The position numbers and the translations under genes were made by a program. DNA of 64,000 bases from Sphagnum compactum. Taxonomy: Eukaryota. The notes below the pieces were generated by a model. The model worked only from the letters and a program-made list of their open reading frames with translations, was not told the origin of the DNA and did no database searches. Below are positions 13,914-25,544 of the stretch, piece after piece (within the stretch, counting starts at the first letter, position 1; every line of letters starts with the position of its first letter). The stretch spans positions 15,676,213-15,740,212 of the forward strand of contig OZ234493.1 in the NCBI GenBank assembly GCA_965153455.1, written 5' to 3'.

Positions 13914-15162
13914 CGATATAGACTTCAAGTACTATTGGTACAAGCACATTTGGCATGTTACTTGATGTGGATGTCATTTGAACAATAGTAAACATGTGGA
14001 CATTACTAAGGTTTTATTTAGTGAAATAATTGTTGAAGGCATCATTTCTTATAAAGGCATTATTTAAAGGTGGTTCCATTTGTGATTTTCCACACTGAAG
14101 TGCAAATCTTGCAAATGGGTTGACCACCACATTTTTGCATATTATTTCATGTTGGTGTTCAACCAAATTTGCAACCACATCTCAATTGGCCCTACTGAGA
14201 TGTCTCCTAACTAATTCCTATGATTACACCATGTTGTAGATGGTGTATTCTAGATGTCATGGCAAGACTTTCAACTTCATTTTCAATCCCTTTACATTTG
14301 CCAAATTTATTCATAAGAGATGTGTTCTTCTATACATGGTCAATGGCAAGGTCCAATTGATAGTGGGTGCCAAAACTTTGACACCTAGCACTTCAACCCA
14401 CAATTCCATCTCAAGGCTGTTGGTCCACATGCCCATGCTCTTATTCATGTGTTTGTCACCCTTATTCAGGTATTTGTTTTCTCCTTTCTCATGTCATCAA
14501 TTTTGTAGGGCTTATGGATAGTGCTTTCCATGACATTATTTCTTTAGAACTATATTCAATCATATTGAATGTTATTAAAAAGTGTGGGGTACATTGGTAC
14601 AAGGTGTGCATGTCTCTTTCATGGTGTAGGGCCACCTTTGGCAATTATCAATTTGTTGGGGAAACTTCACTATTTTTTATTGGCATGCACATTATTAAAA
14701 CCAAGGGTAAAAGATTAGCTCGAAATATTTATGCATGAAGCAGTATCAAAGATAGACTACATTAATTCAAGGGTAATGTTTGTAAAATGATGCTTGAGGT
14801 TGATCCAAAGGGGTACACAACTTTCCAACTACATGGGGTGCAAATCAAGAAGCCCAATTTTTGCTCAATGTTCACAAAAACTTCGATCACTTTGAAACCC
14901 TTTTAGCGTAGATGCTACTATGTGAACACCTTGGTATTTTGTTGAATGTCATTGTTGATTGGTGTAAAGCTTGTGTAGTGGTAGCATTATTGGGGTTTTA
15001 TCACCGCCATTTTTTTTCGCAACAATAAAGTTGTTAACAAAGAAGTACGGTCAATCACAGTGCTATAGCCTTTGGTTTTAAAATTTTAATTTTACAAAAT
15101 TCAATAGCTAGGGGTTTTTGTTCTTTCATGTAGAAGTTCAAAATAGAAGTTTTATTTCCATC

Positions 15163-17590
15163 CACTATAAGAAAATGTGGGTTTTTAGAAAGCCAACTTG
15201 ATTGAAGTGTCCACATTGACCCACAGGTATGTCCATTTTGACTAAAGGTTTGGGGCATGAAAAACATATGTTACATTTGACTAAAGTGACCTTTTTGACC
15301 AAGTGTCAAGTCGAAAATCTAATCAAAATGGACAAATGTCCATCAAATTGGCCATATTGAATCGATAGGGTTTAGTCAAATTGACTATCTTGATTTAACC
15401 CTTAATCAAATTAATCATTATGATTTGACGCTTAGTTAAATGAACCATCTCATTTGATGACTTAACCTATTTGTTAAAACTAAGCTACCTACCTAATTTA
15501 ACATAACTAGTAGGTTAAGTTAGGCTTAGCTACCTTTCTAGACTAGCATAATTAATAGGCTAATAGGCTATTTGTTAAATAATAACCAAGCTAGTAGCCT
15601 AGCTAGATAGCCTAACATGAACCTATTTAGTAGGTTACCTAGGATGTAGCCTAGGATAAATTAAGTAGCCTATAACTAGTTAGTGTAACTTTTAAGTAGG
15701 TATTCTAGGTGACTTAGGCTTACTAGGTAGACTTATTAACCATGTAGGTAGCCTACTAGCCTAGGCCTATTATAGGTATGTAGCCTAGGTCTACTAGGTA
15801 AATAACATAGGCCACCTAGACTTAGTAAGTAGGTAGCCGATCCTACTAATTAGGTAAGTAGTTTAGGCCACCTAAGCTTACTAAATATAAGGTAGTTTAA
15901 CCTATGCTATGGAAGTCTACTTGGTAGCAACGTACATAACATAAGCCACTTAGGCCTATAAGGTAAGTAATTTAACCTAGGCCACTTAAGCCTATTAGGT
16001 ACGTATGTAGCTTAATTTAGGCCACCTAGGCCTACATGGTAGGTAGCTTAAATTAGGCCTATTAAGTAGGTACAAAGCCTACTAGGTTATTTAAGCCTAT
16101 TAAGTAGGTATGTTGCTTAACTTAGGTAGCCTAAATTAGTTTAAGCTAGGCCTACTAATTAGGTATGTAGGTTAACTTAGGCTATCTAGGTAGGTACATA
16201 GCTTAGGTAGCCTAGATTTAACCTAGGCCACTAGGTAGGTACATAGCCTAATTTAGGCTACCTAGGTAAATACATAACTTAAGTAGCCTAGGTTAGTGTA
16301 ACCTAAGCCTACTAGGTAAGTATGTAGCTTAATTTAAGCTACCTAGGTAGGTACATAATTAAGGTAGCCTAGGTACATAGCTTAACCTAAGCCTACTAAG
16401 TAGGTACATAGCTTAACCTAGGTTACTTAGGTAGGTACATAAGTTAGGTAGTTTAGGTTAACTTAACCTAAGCTTATTATGTAAATATGTAACATAACTT
16501 AGGCTACCTAGGTCATTTAGGCCTACTAGGTACGTATGTCACTAACCTAGGCTAATCCACTTAGGTTACTAGGTAGGTAGTTTAGCTTAATATTAGGTAG
16601 GTTACTTAACCCTAAACTTACTTAATAGGCTAGGCTATTTACTTAATATGTGTAAGTTACATTTATTAACTATAGGCTAGTAGGTACCTACATAGCCTAT
16701 TAAATAACATAGGCATAGGTAGGTATAAGCAAAGACTTAGTAGGTACTTATAAGGTTTAATAGATTATAACCTACATGTTACCTAAGTACATGCATTTAT
16801 TAATAGGTACCTCCTACCTACCCAGGTAACCCTACTTATAACCTAGCTATTTATGTAAGTAGTGTAAAAAGTTGAAGTTCATTTAATGTAATATGTTGAA
16901 AAAATTCATGGAAGTTGATTACAATATGTTAATCCAAAATCATGTTTATTACAATATGTTGTTAAAAAGAAATCACCTGATGGGTTGGTAGTGCAATGGT
17001 TAAGGACTTGATCCTCCAATGTGAAGGTGAGGAGTTAAAGTCCCCACACTTGCAACCTAGGCTACCTTGGCTACTTAGATGGCCTAATTCGGTAGCTTAA
17101 GTTGCAAAGTCTATTTAACCACCTAGCCTAGGCTACTTGGTTTAGCCTAGGGACTTGGCTTAACCTTAGTGGTTTGGTTTAGCCTAGGTGGTTAAATTAG
17201 GTGGCCTAGCCTAGGCCTAGGACATAAGGTTGGTAAGTAAATAAATAAGTTATTTTTGAAATTAATCATTAGGTTTATTAATTAGGTAGGTAGGGTAGAA
17301 TAGGGTAGGCAGGGTAATTAATTAATTAATATTTTCATATTAATTTTAAGTAAAATAATTTAAATAATATATATTTTTGGTTGTTGCCCAAATTATATTA
17401 TTGTCATGGTGGTTTAATAAAAAAATCCAATAAAAAAGACCAACCAAAAAGATCTAGCCAAAACGATTAGGTCTAAATCAACTTGTCCAAAATGACATTT
17501 TGGTCAAGTTGAACATGGAGGCAAAAAAACCACATGGGGGGTTTTTTTAACCAAAATTCTAGGTAAAAAAAATTGAGATTTGTTGTAGTG
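15163..17590. mobile_element. Non-autonomous CACTA (En/Spm) DNA transposon filled with TAGG/CCTA-rich low-complexity repeats
   Basis: Termini CACTATAAGAAAA...ATTTGTTGTAGTG with 3-bp flanks atc/att. Subterminal ttgac/gtcaa repeats. Interior 15480-17320 is taggcctaggtagc-type simple sequence with no ORF. Confidence 0.75.
16982..17056 (+). other. tRNA-like / SINE-head-like cassette (degenerate) inside the CACTA element
   Basis: A-box-like TAGTGCAATGG, degenerate B-box AGTTAAAGTCC, ggttg/caacc terminal pairing and a gtgagg/ccccac T-stem. Not a canonical cloverleaf. Confidence 0.45.
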
Positions 17591-18555
17591 ATTTAATAAC
17601 CATGTGGTTTCCATTGACATTGAAATGTCCAAAAATAGGTTAACAATGTAACATGGGTTTACATGTACGCACTGGTAAATAATACATTTCATTTAGGATT
17701 TTGTTTGGGCATCTTTGACAAAATGCTTATTGTTGGAAAAATAGAGCAAGCCTCTCTTAGTTTTGTTTCCTTTCTTTTAGTGGGAAGTGAAATTTGTGTT
17801 TGTATTAGTTGTTTAACACATTGTATGGTTACAAAGGCCATTAGCAGACATTTTAGAAGCTCATATAGAGAATATGCTTTCACACAAGAAAAAACAAAAT
17901 AAGAACAAGATTAAAATTGCCTAGAGGTTGGAGATAATATTTTTGCTATAGTGTTCGACCTATGCCTTTACATTTTGTTTTCTTTCTCCCCATGTTCGAA
18001 TATATAATTTTTTTTGCAAAATGGGACAATGATCTAGTCCTGAGTCTATTTTGAATGGTAATAATTAATATTTATTCTAATGTTCTTTAGGTTCATGGTG
18101 AATATTTTGTTTGTTGTGGTGTGTTAAAAGTAATAGGAGTTACCACCCCCATTCATGAAAATCCATTTTTTGCCTCTTACCTCCTTTTTGTGTAGGGTTG
18201 AACATGAAGACCACTCAATGTTCAATTTGCTTCTCATTTGAAACTTAGTGGGTGCATTTGGATCCACACTCCATGCATATCCCAGTCCTTTCTATGACTT
18301 GTGGCAAGAATGGTAAATACTTGGTAATGGTTCAAACTTACATCTAACATTATACATAATGTATGTTATTATCCTAGATCTTGGTGCCTAAATTTATATA
18401 CATTCTCTCTTGTACAAAACACCCTAGTTTATCAACACGAGGATTTTGGAGCACTAGAGTTTGGTTTTTGACCATCTATACACTTGTTGTACAAGATGTT
18501 GTACATCTTGTGCAATGAAAAGTAAGATATTTTCTTTTTGCAGTTGAAAAGTAAG

Positions 18556-18941
18556 TGTTATGGACCGAATTAGCGTGAAGCAAGGCAAGGAAACATGGCT
18601 ACAACCAAATGGAGAATTACAAGACAAGACAAGACAAGATATGGCAATACTGGAGAATTGAGAGCTTTATTGATCCATCAACTGGTGTTGGTCTGCTGGA
18701 GGGCTGTCCCCCAGACCATCTCCTTTTATAACCCTGAACCATCCTATCTTGAGATGCCGAGTCTGCACTGCTGCATGCTGCAACGCTGCCAGGTCTGCAC
18801 TGTTGCATGCTGCAACACTGCCAGGTCTGCACTGCTGCATGCTGCAATGCTGCCAGGTCTACACTGCTGCACTGCTGCAACGCTGAGACATGGCAGCACT
18901 ACTGGTCCCTGCTTTTGTGTTGTCGAATCCAGGCCATGACA
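18556..18941 (-). repeat. 3' LTR (386 bp) with TATA box, AATAAA and internal 32-bp tandem repeats
   Basis: TGTTATGG...CCATGACA on +. Unit ctgcactgctgcatgctgcaacgctgccaggt x~3.5. On the - strand TATAAAAG is followed by AATAAA. Confidence 0.92.
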
Positions 18942-21900
18942 TTATCCCCTCCTCAAGCGACATATTCCAGATGGAGCCGGTTTGTTAGGATACTGTTGGT
19001 GGAACTGATTAACTAAGTCTTGGGCATGAACTAGGTTTTCAGCAGGCTCCCAAGTAGCTTCAGAAGGAGGATAGCCTCGCCAAAAGACGAGGTACAGGAG
19101 CTTTCCACGAATCTTTTTGGAGTCCAGGACCTCCTGAACTTCAAACTCTTCTTGGCCTTCAATTTCGACTGGAGCTTGGGGTTCTCGATGACGTTCTGGG
19201 ATCTGGTTTTCATGATAGGGCTCAAGCAAGGAAACATGGAAAACATTGTGGATTTTGAACTGGGGTGGAAGCTCCAACTGGCAAACCACTAGACCAACAA
19301 GTTTGGCGATTTTGAAAGGTCCAAGGCGCTTGTAATCCAACTTGGCACATGGGCGAGTGGTAGCAATGTTCTTTCTGAGAAGCCAGACCTTGTCTCCAAC
19401 CTTGAAGTTTGGATGGTCCTTGCGTCGGCGGTCTGCTTGCTTCTTTTGCCACTCCTGTGTCAGCTTGAATTCTGCCATAAGGTTCTGTTGAACTTGTCCA
19501 AGCCTCGTGGCCCTTTCTTCAGCCGAGGGGTTTACCGAGTCCCCAGGAATTTCAAGGCTGAACTTGGGATGAAAGCCGTAATTGGCAAAGAACGGACTGA
19601 TACTGGTCGATGCATGGGTTGTGTTGTTATAAGCAAATTCTGCTTGAGATAGTAGGGCCAGCCAGTCGTCTTGTTGGTAGCTCACAATGCAGCAAAGGTA
19701 TTGCTCGAGTGTCTGGTTTGTCCGTTCGATTTGTCCATCTGTCTCGGGGTGAAAAGCTGAGGATAGCCGAATGTCAACTCCAAGGAGGTTGAATAGGCGC
19801 CGCCAGAACTTGGATGCAAATTGAAGACCTCTGTCGGACACAATTTCCTCGGGGAGTCCATGCAGTCGGACGATCCCGTCCAGAATTAATCGAATTGTCT
19901 CTTCTGCCGTGATTGACTTGGAACAAGGGGTGAAATGCGCCATTTTGGTGAGACGATCGACCACAACGAGTATTGAATTCTTGGCTTTGACAGTAGGGAG
20001 GTCCATGATGAAGTCCATTGCAATAGATCCCCAAGGTCGGCTAGGATTCGGCAGGGGCCGTAGGAGTCCAAACGGGCGATGCCTGGGAGCCTTGGATCGA
20101 GCACATGTATCACAAGTCTTGACATACTCTCGTAGCAGCCTGTTCATCTTGGGCCACCAATAATTCCTTGACACTAGTTCGTGAGTCCGTGCCATTCCGA
20201 AGTGACCGGCCAGGGTGTTATCGTGGCATTCTCTCAGGATCTTTAGGCGTATAGGTCCTTCGGGTACATAAATCAGGTTGTTTCGAAGGAGAAGTCCGTC
20301 TTGCTGCTCAAACTGATCCAGATCATCACGATTTTGGTTCCTTGGTCGTTCTTGGAGTTCCTTTTTGATGTTGGTAGCCCAAGTGTCTTCCTCAGTTGCC
20401 ATATTGATGTCCCTGACAAGGTATGAATCTGGGAGGGTGCTGATTGTTGCTGCAACTCGAAATTGCTCGGGCTTGAGTAAGGTCTGGGTCTGCTGGCCGT
20501 AGGCTTCATCCCCTGCTTGAAGTTCATATTCTGAGCGCCGAGATAGCGCGTCAGCTTTCCCTTGCTGGGTGCTGGGCTGATACTGAATCTCAAAGTCGAA
20601 ATCAGCTAGGAAGATAGACCAGCGTGCCTGGCGACGATTCAAGGTCCGAGTAGTTGTAAAATAGAGGAGATTCTTGTGATCTGTCAGAACTTGGACTCAA
20701 TGTTGAGCTCCGGCAAGATACGGTCTCCACTGCTCGAATGCCGTGATGATTGCCAGGAGTTCCTTATCGTAGACCTGGTAGTTGATTTCGGCACTGGTTA
20801 GCTTCCGTGAATAGAAAACAACTGGATGCAGCAACCCATCTATTCCAAATTGAGATAGGATAGCTCCCAAGGCAAAATCCGAAGCGTCCGTTTCCACAAT
20901 GAATGGCTTGGCAGGGTCGGGATGTATCAGGACTGGTGCAGAGGTGAATGCCATCTTGAGAGTATCAAAAGCAGCCTGGGCTGTTGGATTCCATGAGAAG
21001 GGCTTGTCTTTGCAAGTCAGGGCTGTTAACGGTGTTGTGATCTTGGAGTAGCCTTTGATAAACCGACAATAGAAGTTGGCAAACCCCAAGAAGCGTTGAA
21101 CGTCCTTGACCGAGGATGGAGTAGCCCAATACTAGATGGTCTCGACCTTTGACTTGTCCATGAAAATGCCATCTGGGGAGATCACGTAGCCTAGGAACGC
21201 CACTGAAAATTTGTCGAATTCACATTTTCTCAGCTTGGCGTATAAGCCATGCTCTCGGAGCGTCGCAAGCACCAATCGTACGTGTTTGTCGTGGTTTTCC
21301 TGGTTTTTGGAAAAGATTAAAATGTCATCCAAATAGACCACGACAAATTCGTCCATGTATTCCCGAAAGATATCATTCATCAGATGCTGAAAGACTGCAG
21401 GTGCATTGGTGAGGCCGAAGGGCATGACCGTGTATTCGAAGTGGCCGTAGCGTGTGCGGAAGGCTGTCTTCCACTCATCACCGGGGCGAATCCTGAGCAA
21501 GTTGTAGGCTCCACGGAGGTCAAGCTTGGTGAAGATCTTCTCGGTACGTAGCCGATCCAGGAGGCCTGAAATCAAGGGCAAGGGTTATCGATTCTTTTTG
21601 GTTATCTTGTTGAGTCCACGATAATCCACACAGAGTCGAAGAGAGCCATCCTTCTTCTTGACAAACAGAATTGGGGCGCCGGCTGGAGACTTGGAATGCT
21701 GGACGAACCCCTTGGCAAGGTTTTCAGTAAGATAATCAAGCAGGGCTTGGAGTTCCAGTTCCGATAGGCCATAGATAGGACCAAAGGGTGGTGAGTGTCC
21801 TTCCTCTAGATCAATCGGGCAGTCATATGGATGATGTTCAGGGAGCTGATCAGCCTTATTCTTTTCAAAAGCATCAACAAAGTCCTTGTACTTCTCGGGA

Positions 21901-22700
21901 AGTTTGACAAGTTTTGGTTCTGATTGGGGGTTTTGGTTGTTGGCTGGGTTGACATGGATGGCGAAGACTTGAAGATTCTTAACAGTTCGATAGAAAGGTA
22001 CAGCTCCATCAACGAATATCCGGACAGGGTTGGTTTTCTGGGCAGGATTCTCGACAAGATTTTTGACAGGACAAGGTTTAGTTCTGGCCACCGGGGGGTT
22101 CTTAACTGCAGGATTTGACAGAACAGACTTGACAAGACTGGAATTGGTTCCGACCCTCTTTGGGTTCTTGACCACAGGGTTCTTGGCAAGACTTGACAAA
22201 GTGTTTGTCTGAGCTTGGGGTGCTTGAGAGGTGCACCGTTGTGTGCTGAAGGTGAGGGTTCTAGATCGCCAATCGATGATAGGGTTGTGTGTTTCTAGCC
22301 AAGGCAGACCAAGGATGACGGGATGGTGAGGGGTGGAGATGATGTTGAGAACAATCTTTTCCGCGTGCTTGCCGATACAGAGTTTTAGAGGGGTTGTCTC
22401 GTGTGTGATTGCACCAGAAGCAATGGTTCTCCCATCAATAACCTCTACCGGAACAGGGGTTGACTTCTTGACTACAGGGATGTTGTGTTGGGCGACAAAT
22501 GTTTGGTCGATGAAAGAAGAGGTGGCGCCGGAGTCCACCAATGTTGATACTTGTGGTATTTCTTCTGGAATACGAATGATGTCCACATGCTGAGTGAAGT
22601 TGGGACTGGGACCAACGGCTGAACATGAGCCTTTGCAAAGGTGGTGCTAGGTGAGATCCAGTTGCACGGCTCCTACTGTGACTGGATGTTTTTGTTTTCC
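18942..22700 (-). pseudogene. pol: Retrotransposon pol (PR, RT, RNase H, integrase, chromodomain); several in-frame stops, no frameshifts
   Basis: LVDSGA protease, YLDD RT, ETDASD RNase H, HHCC + IVSDRG integrase, GPF motif, and EEFEVQEVLD...YLVFWRGY...TWEP chromodomain. ORFs 21585, 21132, 20697 and 18942 are all in one frame, separated by single stops. Confidence 0.93.
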
Positions 22701-23647
22701 AATTCTTGGGGAGTTTCCACAGCTTGCACTTGAAGTTTGACAAGCTTTTGGGGGCACTGGCGAGCTATGTGCCCTGGGTTGCCACAGTAGAGGCACAGGT
22801 TGTTTGTCCTTCGACGAAGTTTCTCGGCCTCTGTCAAAGGTTTGAACTTAGCTGCGTCGATCTGCATCGGGGCAGGTCCAAAAGAGGCAGGTCGGGCAAC
22901 TGGTGTTGTTTGGGGAACTAAGGGAAACGTAGTAAGGCGACTGTTCCAAAGCTGGGCGTTGGAGGTGACTTTCTTTTCCTGGCGACGTTCGAACAAACGA
23001 TTATCGCACCGAATTGCCTGGGTGATGGCTTCACTGAAGGAAGAAGGGTCTGCGAGTGTCAGTAAAAGATCTTGAACATCATCACGAAGCCCACAGCGAA
23101 ACTGATCAATCAAGGCAGCTTCTCCCTAGTTGACGTCGCAGGCAAGTTGCCTGAATTCTGAGGCGTAGACGATGGTCGAACGTGTCCTTTGCTGGAGGCG
23201 ACACAGCTTGTTGGCTGAAGTCCTGGCCTTGTCACTGTCCCCAAACACTGCTTCAAATTCCGCCATAAAGGCATTGAAATCTTGTAGGAGAGGGGATGAT
23301 GTTTCCAGGATGGGAGCAAACCATGCTGCAGCTGTCCCAGTGAGTAGGGTTCCAACGAATCCTACACGAGTGGTGTCATCCAAATAACGACGGGGGTGTA
23401 GTTGCATGATCAGGCGTACCTGGCTGACAAAGCCTTGAAATTTGGGGCGCGTTCCATCAAACTTTTTTGGCAGGCTGATCTTGGGCTCTGGGGTGACCAT
23501 TGCAAGGGCAGCGGGTACTGGGGCAGGAGGTTGTGGCTGATCCTGCATGCGGGTCACTGAGTCTCTAAGCGTGACATTTTCTTGTTGAAGGTGCTGAAGG
23601 GTGGCGAGGATTTGATTGAGGTCGATGTTTGATTCCGAGTTGTCCAT
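22673..23647 (-). pseudogene. gag: Retrotransposon gag with CCHC zinc knuckle; one in-frame stop
   Basis: MDNSESNIDL...PEPKISLPKKFDGTR...LLTGTAAAWF...CLYCGNPGHIARQC. TAG at 23126-23128 where Trp is expected. Confidence 0.9.
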
Positions 23648-24136
23648 GGTGGTAGTTATCAATGATAACGATGAAGTTGAAGGTTGCAGGAAAAATCGAT
23701 GGAGGAGTAGTGAGCAAGTCTAATCTTCCCGTAATCTCTCTCAACTCCTCACACAGTAGCTACAGCAGCTCCAATGGACCAAACCCATGTCTGTTTTCCG
23801 CCGACCCAGCTCCTATTTCCCCCTTCAGCTTGATGTTTGCTCAGAAAATGCTGAAAGAACCTCTCTGTCCTGGTCTTGGTCTGTGTCTGGACTTCTAGGT
23901 CCTCCCCCTGCTCCCAAAAAGGTTGGCTCTTCAAAGACAAGTCTGCTGATGAGTTGCAAACACACACTTTCTCGAATTTTATTTTATTTTATTTTTTTGG
24001 TTTTGGGAAACTTGTGTTGGAAACTGAAACAAGTTTTTTCCACCTATCTTTTCAAAGAAGTTAAGTTTTTGCTGTTGTTGTCGCTGCTGCTAATGTTGTT
24101 TAGTCTCGCATGTAACAAGATCTGCAAAAAAACAGT

Positions 24137-24390
24137 TTGGTCTGCTGGAGGGCTGTCCCCCAGACCATCTCCTTTTATAACCCTGAACCATCCTATCTTG
24201 AGATGCCGAGTCTGCATTGCTGCATGCTGCAAGGCTGCCAGGTCTGCACTGCTGCATGCTGCAACACTGCCAGGTCTACACTGCTGCATGCTGCAATGCT
24301 GCCAGGTCTGCACTGCTGCACTGCTGCAACGCTGAGACATGGCAGCACTACTGGTCCTTGCTTTTGTGTTGTCGAATCCAGGCCATGACA
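24137..24390 (-). repeat. 5' LTR, truncated to 254 bp
   Basis: Matches 18688-18941 with 6 substitutions by manual count. The remaining 132 bp of the 3' LTR (18556-18687) has no counterpart. Confidence 0.9.
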
Positions 24391-25544
24391 GTAAGAGGTG
24401 CATGTCTTTTCCAGTCCATGTCAAATCATTAAGGGTGTCTCTTTTACAATTTCATGTTATACCCTTGGTGCTAATTGACTGCTAGTATTGGGTGTCTATC
24501 AAGTATTCAATGCTCGTCATTTTCTTTAAAAATGTTTAGGGTCTTTAGAATAGGTCTCATGTAGAGGATTATTTCCCAATTCAAATTCCACCTTGATTTC
24601 ATTTTCAAGACCCAAATTTTTTTCATTAAGAAGATGAAATGCACTATGCTTCCAAGGTTGCTTCTCAAGGGCGTTGTTGTGAATTGGTTGGTTGTGATAC
24701 CTTGGCTTCTTATAGGCTTGAGAGGTCTAGGTTTCTTGCTGACTGACATTGTTGTTTTTTCTTGACCATACACATGGTGTTGGTTATCAGTAACTAGGAA
24801 TGTGAGAAAATGTTACAGAAGAAACCGAAAGAGTTAATTTCAAATTTAGAGGACTAGTAAACAAAAATAAACACACTAATGAAAACTAGTGCAGTCATGT
24901 CATTATGGCCACCATCATGAATGGTAATGATAATCTACCATTATTTCCCACTAACTAGTCATCTCTGAAATTATGGATCAATCTTTCAATGATCCATTTC
25001 CTATGTTCCATATAAAAATGTCCATGATGGGTGAAGTGAAGATGGATTTACAAGGTGATGGGTTGCTATTGGGAAAAAACTTCCCTTTCTGAATAACATG
25101 AAAAAGGCACCCACAGCTAGATCCATATTTATACCCATTGAGTTTTATTTCTATTATCATGGTTTTCATAATCAATTTAAATTGAACATTGGAATATAAT
25201 TGATAGGAAGGGGTTTGCCAAAACTAGCATGCTTCCATACAACATGCAAAACAAGCTGGCTTTTTATCCCTCTTTCCTTTTCTCTCTGTAGCCTCCCTCT
25301 TTATTCATCCCCCTACTCAAATTTGCAAGAAAAATCACAATAGGAGTATCTAAATCCACAAAAGTTTAAATCCTTGTCTCTTCCTCCTCCTCACCAATGT
25401 AGGGAAGATGAATGCACAAAAACTAAAAACATTTTGGAAAGAAAAAAATCAACAATGTGTCTTTTCATATGCAATTCAATCAAAGGTGTATTTTCCTATC
25501 TAAAAAAATTAAGGGGCACAAATATACATGGTTTGAAGCCGTAG

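Larger units (their letters stand above)
18556..24390 (-). mobile_element. Ty3/gypsy chromovirus LTR retrotransposon (Tcn1-like), full length, inactivated by nonsense mutations
   Basis: TG...CA termini and perfect 5-bp TSD GTAAG (18551-18555 / 24391-24395). PPT aggaggggataa abuts the 3' LTR. Domain order gag-PR-RT-RH-IN-chromodomain. Confidence 0.95.

Noticed and set aside
13990-15100. Possible decayed transposase or retroelement coding sequence (likewise 17650-18550, 24400-25300 and 43950-44900)
   Set aside because: Composition suggests old TE or gene debris, but no diagnostic motif could be recognised.
18595-19016. Cys/Ala-rich ORFs (also 24044-24432) resembling metallothionein-like peptides
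   Set aside because: They are translations of the 32-bp LTR tandem repeat.
19413-23387. Plus-strand ORFs antisense to gag/pol (and those antisense to the SABATH exons)
   Set aside because: Shadow ORFs of real coding sequence on the opposite strand.
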